A DNA stretch of 64,000 nucleotides, from contig OZ025790.1 of the NCBI GenBank assembly GCA_964019425.1, positions 1,302,001-1,366,000 on the forward strand, given 5' to 3'. Numbering within the stretch: position 1 is the first letter of the stretch; every line of letters begins with the position of its first letter. A program made the position numbers and the translations under genes. This document shows, one piece after another, positions 58,215 to 64,000 of the stretch. The notes under the pieces are model-generated. The model had not been told where the DNA came from. It searched no databases and saw nothing but the letters and a program-made list of their open reading frames with translations. The stretch comes from Flectonema sp. DT1601. Its lineage: Eukaryota.

Positions 58215-58522
58215 TAGTATTTATCAAATTGGGAGAGTAGTGTCCCTGTCCAAGTTTTCGTGGTGCTATCGCGGTGCTGTTATTAGATTTAATTAAATAA
58301 TAATACTGCGTTCATACCCGAAGACTGTGGACCCTACTACTCTAGTCTCGGCTAGTCGAGGTAACATTATGTTTCCACCTGTTCCTCCAACAGTTTCATC
58401 TTCTGTTAAGCGAAGCCTCTTGTAACTGCCATGAAGACAGTCCGTGTTGTGACTTAGTAGTATTTATCAAATTGGGAGAGTAGTGTCCCTGTCCAAGTTT
58501 TCGTGGAGAGAAGACTGTGGAC
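58090..58522 (+). repeat. Tandem duplication of the 3' end of the preceding gene
   Basis: About 58090-58332 is repeated at about 58334-58522 with an internal deletion and a 1-nt indel. Confidence 0.9.
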
Positions 58523-58698
58523 ACGGTAGTAAGAAAAGAAATATAAACCCCACACTCACTCCATTCACTCTTCTCGTCTAAAAGAATGATTTTTTTAGAC
58601 CCAGATGGTTTTCTGTGAGGGGGGTTTTTTATCACGTTTACCTTGACTAGTGTCAAAAAGCTCTCTTTTCGTTCATCGTTTTTTCCCCCCCCGCAGTA

Positions 58699-61380
58699 AT
58701 GTGCAAAGCTTATTATTGTGAGCTATTGAAAAATGAAATGGAAAGTTACGAACAAGTAGAAAATGTATTAACAGACGGGTTAATGAAAACAAATAAGGAA
58801 CTCAAATTTCCAAAAATCACTGGCGCAGTGCCGTACTTATATGGGATTTTTAAACTGCATAAGATCCCAGACATCCGCCTTAGATGGATTGCAGGTACTT
58901 CTGTCAACTGTGAAACTTTGATTGAGGAAACGAATGAACCTGACAAAGAGACTGACGAATCAAAGAAGGTGACCAATACAAGAGAGAGAGTTTTTCGATC
59001 CAATGTAATGACACACGCTCAACAAGAACTTACTGGAATTATTAAGTTAATACTGCTCACACTAAAATCAAAGGACCATATGGAATATGTAAAGACTGGT
59101 GTTAGAAAATATTTTATTGTTGACTCAGTAGATGAGGTAATACAACGGATTAAATCCAACTACCCTGAATTTTTAAAATACGCTGAACCCAAAACTTATG
59201 ACTTCACCACCATGTACAGCAACCTGAAGCATAAGGTACTTAAACGAAATTGCAAAGAAGCAGTAGATGAAGCTTTTAGATTTTCCGGTAAGAAACATAT
59301 TGCACGAAATAGCAGAGCACGTGGAAAGTCCAAGACTTTCTTTTTCACAGACGGAGTTGATGCAAACACAAAGGAATACACTTCCGAAATGATTGGTAAA
59401 CTAATTGACATGTGTATCGACTATTCTTTAATCCAACCGATTGGTAGTCATCAATGCTACCGTCAAACGAAAGGGATACCCATGGGTGGTAATGCCTCCC
59501 CGCTTCTAGCTAACTTGTATTGTTATGCAGTTGAGAAGAAATTTATAGAACAGTCAACTCTGGAAATTGCGAAGTCACATACTTTAACAGTAAGATATAT
59601 TGATGATTTTTTATGCTGGGGGACAAAACCACCGCCGCAAAAGATGTACGGCATGGACTACAAAGATACCTCCCTAGATAGTAATGATGTGGTGTTTCTT
59701 GGTGCACGGATACGGGTCGAGGAAGACATTGCAAGGGAAGAAGTGAAAGTGAAAAAGAAATTTATTCGTCTCTCCGTTCATCGGAAAGAGTGGAACTTCA
59801 AACCTTTACAGTACGTGCATGCAGACTCCACGATGCCTGATTCCATACCCAAAGGTATAGTTAAAGGAGCGATGTATAGAGCCAGCATGATTTGTAACAA
59901 CCTCTCTGACCTACTAATAGAGTTTGAATGGATAATTTATCGGATGATTACTAGAAAATTTAAAAAGCATCACATATCAACCGGCTACAAGGAATTTTGT
60001 GACGAATTCTATGAAGAATATCCTTTTGTCAATAAAAGATGCATCAATCTTTTCTACCGGATCCTTGAAGGCTTGAAGAAAGATTATTACTACCCGACTG
60101 GTGAAAGAAACTATATAACGTACCCGCCCATCGAAAAAGATGAAATTGAAACCGACAGAACAGCTGTCCTAGTTCAAAAATTGTCATCCCCTACCAATTC
60201 GGATGCCAAGGTGAATCTGGGACATTTGGACGAGTTGGTTTCTTATTTTACGTTTCGGGATATGAAAACTCTACTAGAAACTATGGACTGGGACTTAACA
60301 ATACCCTCGGTAAACACAGCAGGTAATTGTTTCTTTGAATCTATGGCACTAATAATTTGTCAAAATGGAGTCATAAACGCTGAATGGGTACGTAGAGTTA
60401 TACATCGTAGACTGACTTTAAAGAAGGCGCAATACCAAAGTTTTGTAGACACAGATTATGAAAAATTCACAGAAGATGTACTTGACAGTAATACATATAC
60501 AGATCATGTGTATATTCAAGCTTTCTTAGATGAAATGGGTTGTTCTTTAATACTAATCACTATTAATAGCGTGCAGGAAAAAAGTTTACGATGGATTTCC
60601 CCAGCCAGTACACAAGATACATATTTTTGGGGTACGATCGGTGTAATGGCGTACCATACTACTTCTGAGCACTATATGCCAATTTTACCGAGAAGTCACG
60701 GAAAACAATGCACCATATTTACTATGTCGCAATGGAATTATGAGGCTTTCATGAATTTAATAGTACCTGAATTAGCGAAAATGTGTCCTAATTTTGTCGA
60801 CGCTGATACTCTTCTATCGAAAGCGGGTGCCACTATGAACCTTTTAACCTTCGACAACGTTAATTATGATGTTTACGAACTGTTGCATTACTGGTACTTC
60901 GATGAGATCAAAATGAAAGCAGCCACAACAATGTCAAGTTGCTCAGATTTAACCTCAGAAACCGTATCTGTGACCTCTTCCGATTCATCTTCCTCAACTA
61001 CTTCCTCAAGTTCTAATACGATTGATGAAGAGCTAGTTGTGGATGTACTTATTAATTTATTAGAAGATTCAGACATTCTAATCTTTAAAGAAGAGCTCCA
61101 CTTATGTCCAGCAAGACACAACCTGAAATTTGCGAAGGTAAGTAGTAATATGTACTGTAATATCTGTGATCGCAACATGCCACAAACCACTTATAATCTT
61201 GCATTCCAATGTAGACAAAAAGACTGTGATTATGATGTTTGTTTGAGTTGTTTGGGATTATTCATCTGTACTGCGTGTGGTGCCACGGAATCTCAGGCCG
61301 GAAGACAATTTAATTTACGAGGCTTAAGATCACACCAAACTCATTGTACAGTCTTTCGAGAGCAAAGCGAACGTAGTTAA
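58699..61380 (+). mobile_element. Penelope-like (Naiad/Chlamys-type motifs) reverse transcriptase fused to an OTU deubiquitinase and Zn fingers
   Basis: PYLYGIFKLHK..RWIA, TYDFTTMY, QTKGIPMGGNASPLLANLY, RYIDD, FLG, PLE thumb; OTU AGNCFFES..EHY; CPARH..CNIC..C..CDYDVCLSC and CTAC..H..HC. Confidence 0.88.
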
Positions 61381-61578
61381 TTATCACTCGCAGCAAAGTA
61401 TTGCGAGATGTGCTCCACTGGTAGTGTGCTACGAACCAGAAATAATTTATATTTTATTTTTATTCTTTATTTCTTTTATTATTTTTGCAAAAATAGTTTT
61501 CTTTTTTTAATTTTCCTTTAATATTTATTTACCTTTGAAGTGTGAAGGAATACTATTTTAAGCTGTAACGGGCTACAG

Positions 61579-61762
61579 GGCATGGGGTGCTCAACCTGTA
61601 GTACGTGGCCCCCGAATCCCCATATTCGACAGCACATATGGGATTTTCTATCGATACCAACTGTTGATTTCTTATATTGCAACCAGGTTTGGCCGAACCC
61701 TATTCTCGTTTTTGCCAGTTTCAAGTTGCTTTCCATTTAATATTAGTATCAAGTTACCCCCC
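61579..61762 (+). repeat. Dispersed repeat family B
   Basis: Close match to 49630-49803. Confidence 0.88.
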
Positions 61763-64000
61763 TTTTTTTTTTTTTTTTTTTCATTCTGAATTTTATCTGG
61801 AAAAAAAAAAAAAAAGAATTTATAATGACCATATTATTAGTATCTGTTCCTTTGCTTTTTTAATTGTTTATTCTCATTAGTTTTTTTTTTTTCCTGTTTT
61901 TTTTTGTTTCATAGACGAGGTGGATAACTGGGAAATTCCTTCCAGCCAAAGCTATGAGTAATTTCTGGGTGTGGGTTACCCTTGATATAGGACCCTGATC
62001 ATCCGCAGTTGCCAACAAGTGATTAATTTCAGCTTGGAAGTGAAAATGGTTATAATTGTTTTTCTCTCTCTATTTCTTTTTTGAAAATCATAAAACAAAT
62101 AACAATAGCCGTGGGGGGGGGGGGTGTAGTGACGAGAGATCTCACTATTTTTTTGTACAAATAAATTCCTTCTTTTCTTTTTTGTATTTAACAACGAGTA
62201 GTTGCAATAATCTAAAAAAAAGAACGTTTGGGAACATCACGTAGACCTCCTTCAGCTTCTATCTATCCGTCGTGGGTTTCTGTTTCGTGAAACAAGCGAA
62301 AAGAAGAAAACACAACCGACTCTCTGCTTACAGATAATACTATATTGTTTTTTTGTCTCTCTCTCTATTTCTGTTTAGAATCATACAGCGAGTATTAGCT
62401 GCGGTTCTTGTACAGCAATCCTCTTGAGAAGTGGATACTAATGTGCTGCTGACTACCCCATAGAAGTGAACAAATTCAAAGCACTTCCAAAGGGACAAAA
62501 TTAGCTAAAATACGGAAGGCTAGTCCTCCCCGATGTGTGGCTTGTGAGGAGGGTCTGCTCATCCTTTTTTTACTTTTGGAGCAGGTATGAGAATCTTTCT
62601 TTTCCTCCTTTTATTTCCAATCCCGTCACCCTCGGGTGATGAGAGAATAGAGGTAAGAGGAAAATAGGTTACTCTTGAAACCTAAATAGTTACTTCAAAA
62701 GACTCCTCGACAGATGTTAAATTATCGGGCAGTTGTTTTAATGTGATCCAAGACAGTTGGGGCATTTCTTGATTTACATTTGTGACGGCTAGATGGAGTG
62801 GAGTGTAGCGAGGGAATAGCACTTTGCCACATACCAGCTGTTGGCTGTAAATGCAGGTTATCACGTTTCCTTTTTGTTTTAAAATTTTTATATCAATTTG
62901 ACTTCACGGCAGTTTGTTTAGAACATGCGATTTTGTGTGGACGGAATCCAGTTATAATGATTCATGTCTAATTTGTTGAGTGTTAACCCTTGATTTATTT
63001 ATCCAAGTTCCCCCCCGCCGCTTCCTGGAGTTCGTTATAGTTTAGTTTTTTAGTTATTAATTTAAGTACTCATGAGTTTCATAAGAAAAAAACTGTTACT
63101 GGTAACATTGGCAGGTAGTGTTCAACTACTGTTCACGGCCTCCAGTGACATTATTTATTAAAAAGCATCTTCAATGATGCAATCGAGAGATTACCTTGTT
63201 CTTAATTACCCATTACAAGATGGGCTTTTCCGTTTTGGTTTTTTTTTTTTTTTTTTTTTCTCTCCATCTCGAAGACATGTTGCGTAACGTTACTTTTTAT
63301 AGTTCTGTTTTTTGATTGTCGCACAAAATGTGAGAATTTTTTTTTTTTTTTTTTTTTTGAATTTAATAAGTGTTGTAAGATCTAACAAGAACGTAAACGT
63401 CCTTGTTATCGGTTTGTTGTAAATCGGTTTCATGAACAAAACAAAACCCATGAACGAGTGTTATATGTTTTCTGTACGGTTTTGTAATTAGAGTTCAGTT
63501 CTTAAAAACTGTATTTATAAATACCATTGAGATATCAAAAATCTCCAAAAAAAAAAAAAAAAAAAAAATTGTGTTGTTTGTTTTGTATTATTTATTATTT
63601 ATTAGTTTTTTTTTTTTTTTTTGATTGATGTGACCTGGTTCTTTTTTTGTTTTCCAAGTCAACATTATCAAAAGGTTGTTGTTTTTAAACAAAATATATA
63701 TGAGGCGGTGCAGAAACCCCCCCCCCAATTTTTACCAGGCTATTCTGTGGGCACCTAATACCCAATCCGAGCTCACCACCCCACGAAAATACTATCCAAA
63801 AAACTCAAATCCGGTACTGGGGCATCCTCTAACTGCTCACCAGTTTCAAAATTCTATATTTTTTGACTGTTTCTGGTACTTTTGCCTTGTGTCTCTGTTG
63901 GTTGCCCTCAAAATACTCAAAAACCAGCTTAGCAGCTACATTGCAGAAATTTGTTTACACCTGGGTTCCTATGAAGACTGGAATGATAGGAACAGGAGAA

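Noticed and set aside
58520..62700. Hammerhead ribozyme or GIY-YIG nuclease associated with the PLE
   Set aside because: No CTGANGA...GAAA core with flanking stems and no GIY/YIG motif found by eye; a covariance search is still needed.
1..64000. U6 snRNA, SL RNA and 5S rRNA
   Set aside because: No ACAGAGAAGATTAGC, spliced-leader exon or 5S signature was noticed.

Overview
AT-rich eukaryotic genomic DNA, probably a euglenozoan (diplonemid-like; inferred from single-strand gene orientation, GT-AG introns, a euglenozoan-type U3 and Pol III-type snRNA genes). About 19 protein genes all lie on the + strand: a GT61 glycosyltransferase, an SRCR/GH89 alpha-N-acetylglucosaminidase fusion, Ubl-LRR and Ubl-ankyrin proteins, a centrin-like EF-hand protein, a POLD2-like protein, an acid phosphatase, an Na+/Ca2+ exchanger, threonine aldolase and several hypotheticals. 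The ORF track misses 12 small-RNA genes (3x U1, 3x U2, 3x U3, 1x U4, 2x U5) in repeated clusters, including a compact U4-U1-U3-U5-U2 array. Eleven of them have a same-strand, tRNA-less B-box 86-87 nt upstream. The U1 5' end reads ACAUACCUG, matching the GTWTG donors of all nine introns I could reconstruct. Two mobile-element-like ORFs carry deubiquitinase domains: a Penelope-like reverse transcriptase fused to OTU and zinc fingers, and a GC-rich, poly(A)-followed USP + RNase-H1-N + zinc-finger ORF with a diverged relic nearby. All calls come from reading motifs by eye; no searches were run.
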